Below, one piece after another: positions 36,724-45,312 of a DNA stretch of 64,000 nucleotides. The position numbers and the translations under genes are program-made. Within the stretch, counting starts at the first letter, position 1, and every line of letters begins with the position of its first letter. The notes under the pieces were generated by a model, which saw only the letters and a list, made by a program, of their open reading frames with translations, ran no database searches and was not told the origin of the DNA. The stretch is taken from sequence record LC739537.1; one strand, 5' to 3'. This DNA is from Escherichia phage phiWec188.

Positions 36724-36954
36724 CTATTTGTGAAGTGCTCTCTCGTACAACTCGATAATCAACTCGTCTTCGGCAGTAATACGGGCCATTTGATCTGTCT
36801 TCAGGATTGCTGGTTGGTAATGATGCATTTCACTGCTCAAGATACACTCCCACTCATCTTCCCCTACTCTCTCACCTACGTGAATCTTCACAGGATACCA
36901 GAAAGGATTGTCCACCAGGAATGCCATACAACCTTCTTCGATTTTGCTCAACAT
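36724..36954 (-). CDS. hypothetical protein (76 aa)
   Basis: AAAGGAGA RBS on minus strand. Confidence 0.5.
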   Translation of the reverse strand: MLSKIEEGCMAFLVDNPFWYPVKIHVGERVGEDEWECILSSEMHHYQPAILKTDQMARITAEDELIIELYERALHK

Positions 36955-36977
36955 AGTAATCTCCTTTGTTCAGATAT

Positions 36978-37000
36978 GAAAAAACCCGCCGAAGCGGGTT
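36978..37000 (-). terminator. minus-strand hairpin AACCCGC-TTCG-GCGGGTT + TTTTTT (terminator-like, downstream of candidate promoter at about 37020-37048)
   Basis: hairpin + U6 on minus strand between genes 37045..37329 and 36724..36954; preceded on minus strand by TTGACA-N17-GATACT. Confidence 0.45.
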
Positions 37001-37044
37001 CATGTGCTGCGGTAGGATCAGTATCCTACAACAAGAATTGTTTG

Positions 37045-37329
37045 TCAACGTTTAGAGTAGAAAAACTCCTCGTATTCTGATCGTGTGACTATTGCTGGGC
37101 GACCTTTAGTGCCGAAGAAGTTTGCGCTTGGGCCTTGTGCCATACCTTTATTGAACAAGCAGTAATCCCCACGCATATAAATCCCAGAGAATGTTTCAAC
37201 AACATCGTATTTGCCAACGCTGGAGAACTTAATTTCTCCATCTGCATCTCGAACTGCGATCACAGCTTGTTCAGGCCATTCTTCGTTGAGAGCTTTAAGA
37301 CCGTTGTAAACTTCTTGTACGAGTTCCAT
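37045..37329 (-). CDS. hypothetical protein (94 aa)
   Basis: AAGGAGG RBS. Confidence 0.5.
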   Translation of the reverse strand: MELVQEVYNGLKALNEEWPEQAVIAVRDADGEIKFSSVGKYDVVETFSGIYMRGDYCLFNKGMAQGPSANFFGTKGRPAIVTRSEYEEFFYSKR

Positions 37330-37338
37330 ATTACCTCC

Positions 37339-37512
37339 TTAAAGTACGATTTTTTCTTCGTCTGGTTTGTCATAATTTGGAGAGTAGACATGTGAAGGGT
37401 TGAAACCCTTGAAGCTACCACGTCCTTTACGAGGACAGTTGAAAGTACGAGCCTGATGATCACCGAAAGACTTACCACAATGCACACATTTGAAGTTGGT
37501 AACTTTATTCAT
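37339..37512 (-). CDS. small zinc-finger-like protein (57 aa)
   Basis: AAAGGAGAAGAAC RBS at internal ATG; CVHCGK...CPRKG. Confidence 0.45.
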   Translation of the reverse strand: MNKVTNFKCVHCGKSFGDHQARTFNCPRKGRGSFKGFNPSHVYSPNYDKPDEEKIVL

Positions 37513-37567
37513 GTTCTTCTCCTTTAGGTTAATAGGCTGCACCTATTAAGATGCAGCTTTTGATAGA

Positions 37568-37669
37568 TTATTTAGATGAGTCCAGAATATCTTTTACTTT
37601 GGCGATGATAACATCTTGATACTTATGGATGTGATATCCTACTACTAAACCTACGATAAATGCAATCAT
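37568..37669 (-). CDS. small hydrophobic ORF (33 aa)
   Basis: AGGAGAAAATA RBS; single predicted TM helix; below ORF-track cutoff. Confidence 0.3.
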   Translation of the reverse strand: MIAFIVGLVVGYHIHKYQDVIIAKVKDILDSSK

Positions 37670-37685
37670 TATTTTCTCCTATTAT

Positions 37686-38267
37686 TTAAAATGAAGCTTG
37701 CACTGGCATATCGAACCAGTAGAAAGATTGCGCCTGTTGCGGCGTAACTTTGCTATTGGTTGCTACAGCCAACACTCCAACATTGATACCTATCTGATCG
37801 TCGTCGATCTTATAATCTGAAGACCAGAGCTTAAGAGTCAACGGTGTTTTTCCAACGAGAAGATCAAGTCCTGCGTTTCCCCAGAGATTCACTTCAATCG
37901 CCTCGTCTTGAGATACATCTTGCTCTACTTCCTGTAGTTTGTCAAACACTTTCTGCACATCTTTTGGGTTAAGACGGATACTGTGCAGATAGTCAAACAT
38001 GTTCACAAAATCTTGTGCTCGTTTTGTGTTTTTAGATACAGGATGAAGACAGTGTGGCACTAACGGCGACACACGAATATATCCGCCCTCATCATACCAA
38101 CGCACAATAAACACATCTCGACTTGGTTGACGGTCTTTTGCTAAGATCGTAACTTCTTGACCCTCTTCAATGGATGGGTAGTCTGGATCATACGCTGATG
38201 CACCATAGACCAAAGCTATGTGTCCAACATCCAAAGGTGTTTTTCCGTCCCAATAAGTTGTTTCCAT
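37686..38267 (-). CDS. hypothetical protein (193 aa)
   Basis: AGGAGGGAAA RBS. Confidence 0.55.
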   Translation of the reverse strand: METTYWDGKTPLDVGHIALVYGASAYDPDYPSIEEGQEVTILAKDRQPSRDVFIVRWYDEGGYIRVSPLVPHCLHPVSKNTKRAQDFVNMFDYLHSIRLNPKDVQKVFDKLQEVEQDVSQDEAIEVNLWGNAGLDLLVGKTPLTLKLWSSDYKIDDDQIGINVGVLAVATNSKVTPQQAQSFYWFDMPVQASF

Positions 38268-38275
38268 TTTCCCTC

Positions 38276-38539
38276 CTAAATAAGATCTGTGAAGTAGTGA
38301 ATAACTTCAATATTATGGAAAAGCGTTTTACGCTCTTTTGTGTATTCTGTTGTCGTGACAGTCACCTTAGCCACCCCAAAATCTTTCATAGGGAACGTGG
38401 GTGCCTCTTTCAGAATATTCTGTACTGTTTGAATGGCTTCAAATTCTGTCTCCCAATAACTGAAGTAACCTTCGTCGTCCGTGACGAGATTCCTGCCTTC
38501 CAAGTTCACGAAACAATAAAACTCTCGCGGTGTTGTCAT
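38276..38539 (-). CDS. hypothetical protein (87 aa)
   Basis: GGAGAAGG RBS; ATGA overlap with upstream small ORF. Confidence 0.5.
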   Translation of the reverse strand: MTTPREFYCFVNLEGRNLVTDDEGYFSYWETEFEAIQTVQNILKEAPTFPMKDFGVAKVTVTTTEYTKERKTLFHNIEVIHYFTDLI

Positions 38540-38694
38540 TCCACCTTCTCCAGAGCTTTCTTGAAGAATGTGGCATGTAATAGATGACCCTCTGCATCAA
38601 ACCATGTCACTTTACAGGAGTCCCCGTAGTCCTCTGTGACGGTCATGATAACGGCTTCCCCACGTAAGGTTACAACATCACCTACTGTAATCAT
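38536..38694 (-). CDS. small ORF (52 aa)
   Basis: GGAGGA RBS; ATGA overlaps at both ends with flanking genes (translational coupling). Confidence 0.4.
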   Translation of the reverse strand: MITVGDVVTLRGEAVIMTVTEDYGDSCKVTWFDAEGHLLHATFFKKALEKVE

Positions 38695-39137
38695 AAATCC
38701 TCCGGTGTGCCAGCACGTAAAGCAGCTAAAGGTTCAGCCACAGCTTCCAGGGCAGCTTCAATCTGATCTTCAATCACATCACGAACCATTGCAATACGCT
38801 CATCGATATGCACAACGAAAGCATCGTTATAAGCACCAACTAACGTATTGTAAAATGTTTCTTGTGCGCTTAACGCGCCACTAAGAATGAAATTACGTTG
38901 ATCTTCAGGTAGTTGTTGGTGCTCTTCATATTTGGCAAACGTTTCACGGTTGATTTCCAACAGAGTCCCCATCATAAGGTCAAACTGCAACTCTTTGTCT
39001 GAGGGATTTCCCATTACAATGGTATTGTAAATGTTCAGCAAGCTGGTGCTAACACGAGCATTGTTTTCTACACCTTCCATCTGACGGAAAATAGTTAACA
39101 CATCAATAGTTTCTTCAATCTTTTCGTTTTGGTTCAT
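38691..39137 (-). CDS. hypothetical protein (148 aa)
   Basis: GAGGAGA RBS. Confidence 0.55.
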   Translation of the reverse strand: MNQNEKIEETIDVLTIFRQMEGVENNARVSTSLLNIYNTIVMGNPSDKELQFDLMMGTLLEINRETFAKYEEHQQLPEDQRNFILSGALSAQETFYNTLVGAYNDAFVVHIDERIAMVRDVIEDQIEAALEAVAEPLAALRAGTPEDL

Positions 39138-39315
39138 ATACGTTCTCCTCTATCATTGGAAGATATCCTGTAGTTTTACAGGGATTGCACTCATAAAGCT
39201 GGCCTACATCAACCATAACGTAGCCTAAACCTCCACAATATGGACACTCCATAGGGGTACAAGGCACAGGTGTTGTTGTGGTTACATCTGCAACACAGGC
39301 AATTCTCATTCCCAT
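39115..39315 (-). CDS. small zinc-ribbon protein (66 aa)
   Basis: CPYCGG...CNPCKTTG; AGGAGAATGGG RBS. Confidence 0.5.
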   Translation of the reverse strand: MGMRIACVADVTTTTPVPCTPMECPYCGGLGYVMVDVGQLYECNPCKTTGYLPMIEENVYEPKRKD

Positions 39316-39533
39316 TCTCCTATAAGCTGGGGATTCAAGGCGAATTGTGACATACGTTCAGTGGGAGAGTATAAGTACGGAGGTGTAATTTGCTCCAACA
39401 CCTTAGCTGCACGTACCTCATCTTCCACTCCAATATGAAGCCCACGCTCCATAGTTAATACACCATGATCGTTAAGAAGGAATAGAGATTCTACCCCATC
39501 CACCTTATCAATTGCAACATAAAGTTTAGTCAT
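39306..39533 (-). CDS. hypothetical protein, paralog pair B member 1 (75 aa)
   Basis: internal ATG with GGAGA RBS; C-terminus ...FALNPQLIGEWE shared with next gene. Confidence 0.5.
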   Translation of the reverse strand: MTKLYVAIDKVDGVESLFLLNDHGVLTMERGLHIGVEDEVRAAKVLEQITPPYLYSPTERMSQFALNPQLIGEWE

Positions 39534-39543
39534 ATTGTCTCCG

Positions 39544-39759
39544 TTACCATTCGGCAATCAGTTGAGGTTTGACAGCAAAAGCTTGAAAGGTAGTAATATC
39601 GTAAAGAAAAACATTATCCAATTCCTTAAGTTTAGCCGTCATGCCAGCTTTAGTTTCTCCGTCCCACGGGAAGATAGCAACACCATGTTCCCCGACCAAC
39701 CACCAGTGATAATTGCCGTCACGAAGATCTTTTGCTTTATAAAGATAATTAGTAATCAT
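39544..39759 (-). CDS. hypothetical protein, paralog pair B member 2 (71 aa)
   Basis: C-terminus ...FAVKPQLIAEW; start chosen at internal ATG (ORF-track N-terminal extension is low-complexity). Confidence 0.45.
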   Translation of the reverse strand: MITNYLYKAKDLRDGNYHWWLVGEHGVAIFPWDGETKAGMTAKLKELDNVFLYDITTFQAFAVKPQLIAEW

Positions 39760-39922
39760 TGCCACATTTCTCCCATCTTTGCATCGCCTGTAACCAGCCC
39801 TCGGCTCTTTCCCTGGTTTCGAAGTAGACAGGAATACCCGTCCCTGCAAATGTGACCCACCAAGTGAAGATCCACCAACCTGTTTTTATGCGATATCCTG
39901 TTTCATATTCGACCACTTTCAT
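39749..39922 (-). CDS. small Trp-rich membrane ORF (57 aa)
   Basis: AAAGGTGA RBS; hydrophobic TGWWIFTWWVTFAG segment; overlaps start of 39759 gene. Confidence 0.3.
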   Translation of the reverse strand: MKVVEYETGYRIKTGWWIFTWWVTFAGTGIPVYFETRERAEGWLQAMQRWEKCGNDY

Positions 39923-39950
39923 GAGTCACCTTTAAAATCGTCTCACTATA

Positions 39951-40193
39951 TCATTTACTATGTGCGTCTGTCAAGTTTTTCTTAGGGAAGAAGAGATCGC
40001 AATGATGGATGTAGAAGAGTTCCACCAAAGCTGCCTCCCTGTACGACAAACACTGCTCATACAATTGTTGTTCTTTATCTGCCGTCATGTTGTTAAGTCT
40101 TATCGCTCCGAAGAACACCAAGAGGAAAATACAGAATGCAACTATGACTGCTTGTAACCATTCTTTCACGATGTAACTCCAAAGTTTAGACAT
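39951..40193 (-). CDS. membrane protein (80 aa)
   Basis: AGGAGAAGG RBS; TM helix. Confidence 0.5.
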   Translation of the reverse strand: MSKLWSYIVKEWLQAVIVAFCIFLLVFFGAIRLNNMTADKEQQLYEQCLSYREAALVELFYIHHCDLFFPKKNLTDAHSK

Positions 40194-40252
40194 GCCTTCT
40201 CCTGTTATTTTACATTAAAGCCTGGGTAACAACCATCAGACAAATCTTAGTA

Positions 40253-40417
40253 TCATCTTATGGCTACAAGATAGAAACATAGAACACACCCAACCACACT
40301 TACTAAGAAACTAACATAAACAACAAGCTTGTTATCGTCCACAATAGCCACAGCTAATGCGGCAGATGTTACCACGAAAAGAACCATCAGCAGAATATCC
40401 CTGTTTACTACATCCAT
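40253..40417 (-). CDS. small membrane ORF (54 aa)
   Basis: GAGGAGGTG RBS; two hydrophobic segments; below ORF-track cutoff. Confidence 0.4.
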   Translation of the reverse strand: MDVVNRDILLMVLFVVTSAALAVAIVDDNKLVVYVSFLVSVVGCVLCFYLVAIR

Positions 40418-40442
40418 AGACACCTCCTCTTGTTAGTTACAG

Positions 40443-40475
40443 AGAGTATAATACCGGAACGTTACGATTACAACT
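40443..40475 (-). promoter_or_regulatory. candidate minus-strand promoter TTGTAA-N17-TATACT
   Basis: hexamers found on reverse complement about 25 nt upstream of the 40417 gene; coordinates approximate. Confidence 0.35.
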
Positions 40476-40703
40476 ACGAAGAACGGGTGATTTTGATTGA
40501 TAGGTAGGACTTATCTGAAAGGAATAATTGATAGGGAACGCTGTATTGACTTTTGCGAAAAAACATGCTACCCTAAACATATGTTTACGAGCGATAGCGA
40601 GTAGTGATTTGTATAGTATTATTGCATGTTACTCACGATAGGGAGTAAGCAATGTTAGTGAGGTAGACAGACTATGATCAACCATCTACCTACTAACTAT
40701 CTA

Positions 40704-40907
40704 TTACTCAGAGAAGGTACATTCGAATACAGTCCAGACTAATATTACAGTCCAAGATGCTAACAGTATTCTGAAGATAGTCCACCAACTAAACACATCT
40801 ACCGTAATCCAGTGTCCAGCTACCAGTGATCCTGCTAACCAACCTCCTACAACACTAATAATCCAAATAATAAAAGCTATTACGGAATACGTAGCAAATT
40901 TCATCAT
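40704..40907 (-). CDS. membrane protein (67 aa)
   Basis: AGAGGAGGTG RBS; W-rich hydrophobic helices. Confidence 0.5.
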   Translation of the reverse strand: MMKFATYSVIAFIIWIISVVGGWLAGSLVAGHWITVDVFSWWTIFRILLASWTVILVWTVFECTFSE

Positions 40908-41185
40908 ACACCTCCTCTGTAAAGTTTGTCTTCTCGTTTAACTTCAATCTTACCATCCTTGTCTACAAGAATCAACACTGAACATGAGTAATATCCTTCT
41001 GCAACAGTCTCGATCTGTTCTTCCAGATCCTTCGTCAATTCTTCTCCCATAAGATAGAAGGCAAACTTCGTGCAATGTAATAACTCTTCCTTGAAGTTAA
41101 CCATCTTGTAGATGTTCATCCCAGTCTTATGTTCATCTACTGTCCAACCGCTTGATCGAAGTCTGACTGCTGCGTTATGTCTCAT
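40904..41185 (-). CDS. hypothetical protein (93 aa)
   Basis: ATGA overlap with upstream small ORF. Confidence 0.5.
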   Translation of the reverse strand: MRHNAAVRLRSSGWTVDEHKTGMNIYKMVNFKEELLHCTKFAFYLMGEELTKDLEEQIETVAEGYYSCSVLILVDKDGKIEVKREDKLYRGGV

Positions 41186-41325
41186 CGTCCGTTACCATTC
41201 AATTGATCACGTAGCTTTTCTGCATCCCGTTTCTGTGGAAACGTGGCAACAGAGACATTGAACTCATTAACAACAGAAAAGGACTTATCCAGATTTTCAC
41301 GGATAGTAAAAGGTTTCTTGCTCAT
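41182..41325 (-). CDS. small ORF (47 aa)
   Basis: GGAGGGAG RBS; ATGA overlaps at both ends. Confidence 0.4.
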   Translation of the reverse strand: MSKKPFTIRENLDKSFSVVNEFNVSVATFPQKRDAEKLRDQLNGNGR

Positions 41326-41675
41326 AATCTCCCTCCATCTTTAAGACGACTCTTAACCCAGTGCAGACGATCTGGATCTGTGTGTTGTGAAGCATTTTCC
41401 GCATCCAGTAAATAAGACTTTCTTCCGAACGGATATGTTTCACATAGCTCTGCTTCAATAAACTGATTATACATCTCTTTCATAGTATCTTCGATTAAAT
41501 ACCAGTCACCTTCTGGAAGGTCTAAATCATACAACCAATACTCAAGATTGCCACACAAGCCTACAGAAGAGCTAAACACGTCTTCCATAACAAGGCCCGT
41601 CTCATCTCGATTTTCAGCCCAAGATAACCAAGCCTGATAAAAATCTAAAAGCAGTTTACTTGATGCAATCTTCAT
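41322..41675 (-). CDS. family-A small protein, paralog 1 of 9 (117 aa)
   Basis: shares FYxxWLxWAE...GLC...YPFG...H..(D/N)..RL.WVK.RL pattern with eight other genes; AGGAGAG RBS. Confidence 0.55.
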   Translation of the reverse strand: MKIASSKLLLDFYQAWLSWAENRDETGLVMEDVFSSSVGLCGNLEYWLYDLDLPEGDWYLIEDTMKEMYNQFIEAELCETYPFGRKSYLLDAENASQHTDPDRLHWVKSRLKDGGRL

Positions 41676-41677
41676 AC

Positions 41678-41863
41678 TCACTCTCCTACACTTTCTGGTG
41701 TGCCATCCCAAGCACCTAAGACTTCTTTCAGGTGTGCACGGGGTTCTTTAAAATACTCTTCCATTTTATCCAGAAGATCGTCTGTGTTTGGGCTGTATCC
41801 CAACATCCCACGTAAAACTCTTTCTTCTTGCAAGACCAACCATCTATGATAGCTTCGAATCAT
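41678..41863 (-). CDS. hypothetical protein (61 aa)
   Basis: GGAGGAATATT RBS at internal ATG. Confidence 0.4.
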   Translation of the reverse strand: MIRSYHRWLVLQEERVLRGMLGYSPNTDDLLDKMEEYFKEPRAHLKEVLGAWDGTPESVGE

Positions 41864-42278
41864 AATATTCCTCCAGGAGTTTCTCAATTCTCTGAACGGT
41901 CTTAGTATCCCAATAAACCTTCTTAAAGTCAAGTGTTCCGTGTGCATTTCTTTTTGTTTCGAAGTAATAACCACCTTCGCGCTCCAAGCGATCACGGATC
42001 ACTTCTATAAGATGATTTTTAGAGTTTTTTGTCAAGCAATAGTCATACTCTCCTTTTAAGAGATCTATAGAAGGTTGACGGTTATCTCCAACCTGGGAAA
42101 TCTTCCAGCTAACCAGCGATCCTTGGATACCAACATCTGTCTGCTTCACAGAGAAGCCTTTTGAACCCCAGCCTCCCAATGTGACCATTGTTAGCGGTTC
42201 TCCTGTTAGAGAGCAGCTAAGGGTGTCATTACGTGGTCCACCTAAAGTGGAAAACCATTTGAAAATCTTCTTAAACAT
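41844..42278 (-). CDS. hypothetical protein (144 aa)
   Basis: GAGAGGAGCAT RBS at internal ATG. Confidence 0.5.
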   Translation of the reverse strand: MFKKIFKWFSTLGGPRNDTLSCSLTGEPLTMVTLGGWGSKGFSVKQTDVGIQGSLVSWKISQVGDNRQPSIDLLKGEYDYCLTKNSKNHLIEVIRDRLEREGGYYFETKRNAHGTLDFKKVYWDTKTVQRIEKLLEEYYDSKLS

Positions 42279-42339
42279 TTTATGCTCCTCTCGTTCAACA
42301 TGCACAAACAATAACACCCTCCGAAGAGGGTGTCAATGA

Positions 42340-42549
42340 TTACTCGATCACAAAAAACGTAGCATTCAAACGTCTGAATGTCGCAGGGCTATATCCGTGA
42401 TCACACTCTTCAATGAACTGATCTGTAGTCTGATCGTAACTATAATACTGATCATTTTGGAAATGGAAGGACGCACAGAACAAATCATCTCCTACAGTCC
42501 ACACTGCCACAAAGTTCTTACCGAACGGATAACCTTCAACTGCTTTCAT
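42340..42549 (-). CDS. hypothetical protein (69 aa)
   Basis: AGAGGAGGGAAA RBS. Confidence 0.5.
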   Translation of the reverse strand: MKAVEGYPFGKNFVAVWTVGDDLFCASFHFQNDQYYSYDQTTDQFIEECDHGYSPATFRRLNATFFVIE

Positions 42550-42560
42550 TTTCCCTCCTC

Positions 42561-42830
42561 TTACCAAGAAACATACATAGAGTAAACAAGATCATTACAG
42601 TCTGTCGAGAACGTAGCACTGCAACCTTGAGATCTTAATTTGTCACAAATCCCGCGTACAATCGAAGCTTGTAGTTCTTTACCTTGCGGTAGACCTAAAG
42701 CTTTCACTGGGTGTTGAATCTGTATGCTGTAGTAACCCTCTTCGGCTGCTGTTGTGATTAAGGTTTTTGCTCGTTGGATATACTCAAAGTTCACAGAGTC
42801 TGCCAAAGCGTGTAAAGAATATGCGTCCAT
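42561..42830 (-). CDS. hypothetical protein (89 aa)
   Basis: GAGGAGG RBS. Confidence 0.5.
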   Translation of the reverse strand: MDAYSLHALADSVNFEYIQRAKTLITTAAEEGYYSIQIQHPVKALGLPQGKELQASIVRGICDKLRSQGCSATFSTDCNDLVYSMYVSW

Positions 42831-42839
42831 GTTACCTCC

Positions 42840-43175
42840 TCAAGAACGATCGAGTTTCATTAAAAATACAATCATAGCTGCACGCAGGGGCTTATCGTCT
42901 CCACGGGACGGTACACCTTCTGTTTTCGCAAGCCAACCGCGAGGAAAACCATCTTCCCCTGTTACAGGACTGATACAAATCCTGTGTTTTACTATGATAG
43001 CCCAAGCATCTGCTGGATCATTGCAGTAATCATACCAAGTGTAATTGCCGTTGCAGTCATTTCCCACTGATCGTCCATCTGCATTGTGCGGATAACCTAA
43101 AGGCTTGACACCGTGGACTGCTGCAAACACACGCTTGTTGATTTCAAAATCACTCATTACTCCATATTCTGTCAT
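42840..43175 (-). CDS. NinX/DUF2591-like protein (111 aa)
   Basis: pattern ...FEINKRVFAA..G...DGRSVG...W.DYCNDPADAWAII...I...P resembles phage NinX family as I recall it. Confidence 0.35.
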   Translation of the reverse strand: MTEYGVMSDFEINKRVFAAVHGVKPLGYPHNADGRSVGNDCNGNYTWYDYCNDPADAWAIIVKHRICISPVTGEDGFPRGWLAKTEGVPSRGDDKPLRAAMIVFLMKLDRS

Positions 43176-43501
43176 GTTTTCTCCTTGTTTTTGGATACTG
43201 GAAGGATGTTGATCATAACTACACCGTTATAATCATAAGTATCGTTAATTTGAGTCTCTACTTCCCGAATATCATCCAGAGTGGGAGGCCAATTTGTAAA
43301 TTGTACATCAATATTCCCCACACCCAGACTCTTACCCTCCCTCGGCCTGTAGTTGTACACAAAAACCGTATTGTAGGAGAGTTTTTGATGTTTGTTACGC
43401 TTCTTAAAAGTGCGGTCTAAGGCGTAGATGCTTCCTATGACACATACCGCTACAGCAACAACCACAATGTTAAAATAGAGTTCTTGTAGAATTGCACTCA
43501 T
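43172..43501 (-). CDS. membrane-anchored hypothetical protein (109 aa)
   Basis: AAAGGGGG RBS; N-terminal TM helix. Confidence 0.5.
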   Translation of the reverse strand: MSAILQELYFNIVVVAVAVCVIGSIYALDRTFKKRNKHQKLSYNTVFVYNYRPREGKSLGVGNIDVQFTNWPPTLDDIREVETQINDTYDYNGVVMINILPVSKNKEKT

Positions 43502-43503
43502 TG

Positions 43504-43833
43504 TTATTTACCCCCTTTCAGTTTTGATTTAACCCATGCCAACCGTTCTTTGTTCATATGTTGCGTGCCGTGCTCATAATCCTGCATATAAGCTAAGTCA
43601 CCAAATGGGTACAAGGTGTCTTGGAAATCTTTGAAAAGCATTTCTGCAAATGCTTCGGTAACTTCGTCAATTTCTTTTAATGAAAACCCTTGTTCCAGTA
43701 ACCAGTAAGACAAAGAGTCGCAAAGCCCAACAAGTGTGCTGAAGGGTTTGACATTCTCTCTTTTCGGAGCCACTTCAGCCCAGGCTAACCATGCCTTAAG
43801 AAATTGTTGGATAATCACTTCGTTCTTTGTCAT
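43504..43833 (-). CDS. family-A small protein, paralog 2 of 9 (109 aa)
   Basis: FLKAWLAWAEVAP...VGLC...YPFGD...H.N.ERLAWVKSKL. Confidence 0.55.
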   Translation of the reverse strand: MTKNEVIIQQFLKAWLAWAEVAPKRENVKPFSTLVGLCDSLSYWLLEQGFSLKEIDEVTEAFAEMLFKDFQDTLYPFGDLAYMQDYEHGTQHMNKERLAWVKSKLKGGK

Positions 43834-43841
43834 TTTAGCTC

Positions 43842-44522
43842 CTATTTAATGTTCAGTTTGTTAAGCAGACGTTGAACCGTATAAGGGTGCCATGTGGTAC
43901 TGCCACGAACAGTTTCAATTTTCTCTTCAGTAAAGATCTCTGCGATTCGAGTCAGAGATGCTCCTGCTTTCCTCATTAACGTAACTTTATCACGAAGCTT
44001 CTCGGCATACAAGGTGCTTTTATCATTTTTTCGAGATTGTCTGTAATCTTTACGAGACTCTTTATATTTTGGAGATGCAGATCCTAAGAGAATACCTTTG
44101 CTCTTAGCTACTGCCAAACCTTTTTTGATACGATCTGCCATACCACGTACTTCCTGTTCTGCAAGGACAGATAGAAGCTGAATAACCATCTTGTCTGCAT
44201 CCGGCATGATCGCAATCTTAACGTCAATCATTTCCAAGAGGATTGCTACCGAGGCGTTGTTACGACCTAAACGGTCCACTTTAGCTACCAAAAGCGTTGC
44301 TCCTGTAGCTTTACACATCTCAACAGCCTTGACAAGTTCTTTACGTTGCTTCCAGTCGCCTTTACCTGAATAAAATTCAGAAAACTCTCCGATCACTTCA
44401 GCCTCCGGCACAGATTCCAAGAAATAACGGATATCGTTTTCCTGGCTCTGCATACCATACTGGGCTTCACCTTTCTTCTGTTTAGACAAACGGCTGTAAA
44501 CAACAAACTTTTTCATGATCAA
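43842..44522 (-). CDS. serine recombinase (resolvase/invertase family) (226 aa)
   Basis: N-terminal catalytic domain VVYSRLSKQKKG (YxRxS with Ser nucleophile), DRLGRN motif, C-terminal HTH; GAGGAG RBS. Confidence 0.8.
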   Translation of the reverse strand: MIMKKFVVYSRLSKQKKGEAQYGMQSQENDIRYFLESVPEAEVIGEFSEFYSGKGDWKQRKELVKAVEMCKATGATLLVAKVDRLGRNNASVAILLEMIDVKIAIMPDADKMVIQLLSVLAEQEVRGMADRIKKGLAVAKSKGILLGSASPKYKESRKDYRQSRKNDKSTLYAEKLRDKVTLMRKAGASLTRIAEIFTEEKIETVRGSTTWHPYTVQRLLNKLNIK

Positions 44523-44526
44523 CTCC

Positions 44527-44733
44527 TCAATCGTTATCAGGATTCCATTTTACAAACTTGAAGCAGTTATTGTCAAGGAATTTATTGGCATCTTTTTCCT
44601 GTTTCCAAACGGTGCATTGTTCTTTAAGGGCTATCTGCTCATTCTGCACGTCTGATACCGCATTAGCAAAGAGGATCAGAAATCCAAAAAAGACCAACAT
44701 CAATAACAGATTAAAGAAAGTTTGAAAACTCAT
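44527..44733 (-). CDS. small membrane-anchored protein (68 aa)
   Basis: GGGAGGATG RBS at internal ATG; hydrophobic N-terminus. Confidence 0.45.
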   Translation of the reverse strand: MSFQTFFNLLLMLVFFGFLILFANAVSDVQNEQIALKEQCTVWKQEKDANKFLDNNCFKFVKWNPDND

Positions 44734-44984
44734 ACATCCTCCCATTTGATCCACAGAATCATTTCTTCAACGTAAACCTCTTTACCTTTGTTATTGATGA
44801 AAGTGTATTCTATGAACTCCGCTGTATACTTTTTGTTGTATTGCTCCGCTGCTGGGATCGGACACTTTGTCATACGTGTCTCAACCCATTGACGATGAAT
44901 CGTTGCCTTGTTTTTGGGGTCAAACGGGTGTAAATAGTGCGGTTCTCCCTCTTGACTATGCCCCATTTTATTCTTCTTCGCCAT
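44730..44984 (-). CDS. hypothetical protein (84 aa)
   Basis: GGAGGAGG RBS at internal ATG. Confidence 0.45.
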   Translation of the reverse strand: MAKKNKMGHSQEGEPHYLHPFDPKNKATIHRQWVETRMTKCPIPAAEQYNKKYTAEFIEYTFINNKGKEVYVEEMILWIKWEDV

Positions 44985-45312
44985 GCTGCACCTCCTCCAG
45001 ACGGTCATACACCCAAGCAAGACGATCGAAGTTTTTGTGTTGGGTGCCGGACTTCTTCTCAATCCAATAACAAGGAATCCAACCTGACAGATCCCACTCG
45101 CCATCGAACGGATAGTTCCATTCTAAACCTTCCGCTTCAAACTGCTCTACCATTTCATCAGAGAGGGAAAGATACAAATCTTGGTCTTCCCCGCAATACA
45201 CTTCCACTGCATGACACAAACCGCAAGCTTTGATGTTTTCGTTCGGATCTTGGCTCATAGCCTGATCCAACCACCACTCATAAAATTCCAGTAAAGCTTC
45301 ACTTGACCTCAT
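44968..45312 (-). CDS. family-A small protein, paralog 3 of 9 (114 aa)
   Basis: LLEFYEWWLDQAM...CGLC...YPFDG...H.N.DRLAWVYDRL. Confidence 0.5.
   Translation of the reverse strand: MRSSEALLEFYEWWLDQAMSQDPNENIKACGLCHAVEVYCGEDQDLYLSLSDEMVEQFEAEGLEWNYPFDGEWDLSGWIPCYWIEKKSGTQHKNFDRLAWVYDRLEEVQHGEEE

Noticed and set aside
43842-44522. Interpreting the serine recombinase as evidence of a prophage or lysogeny module
   Set aside because: No repressor, Cro-like or integrase/attachment-site context is visible; the surrounding content (RNR, ThyX, lysozyme, dense small early genes) fits a virulent phage, so the recombinase is reported only as an open question.
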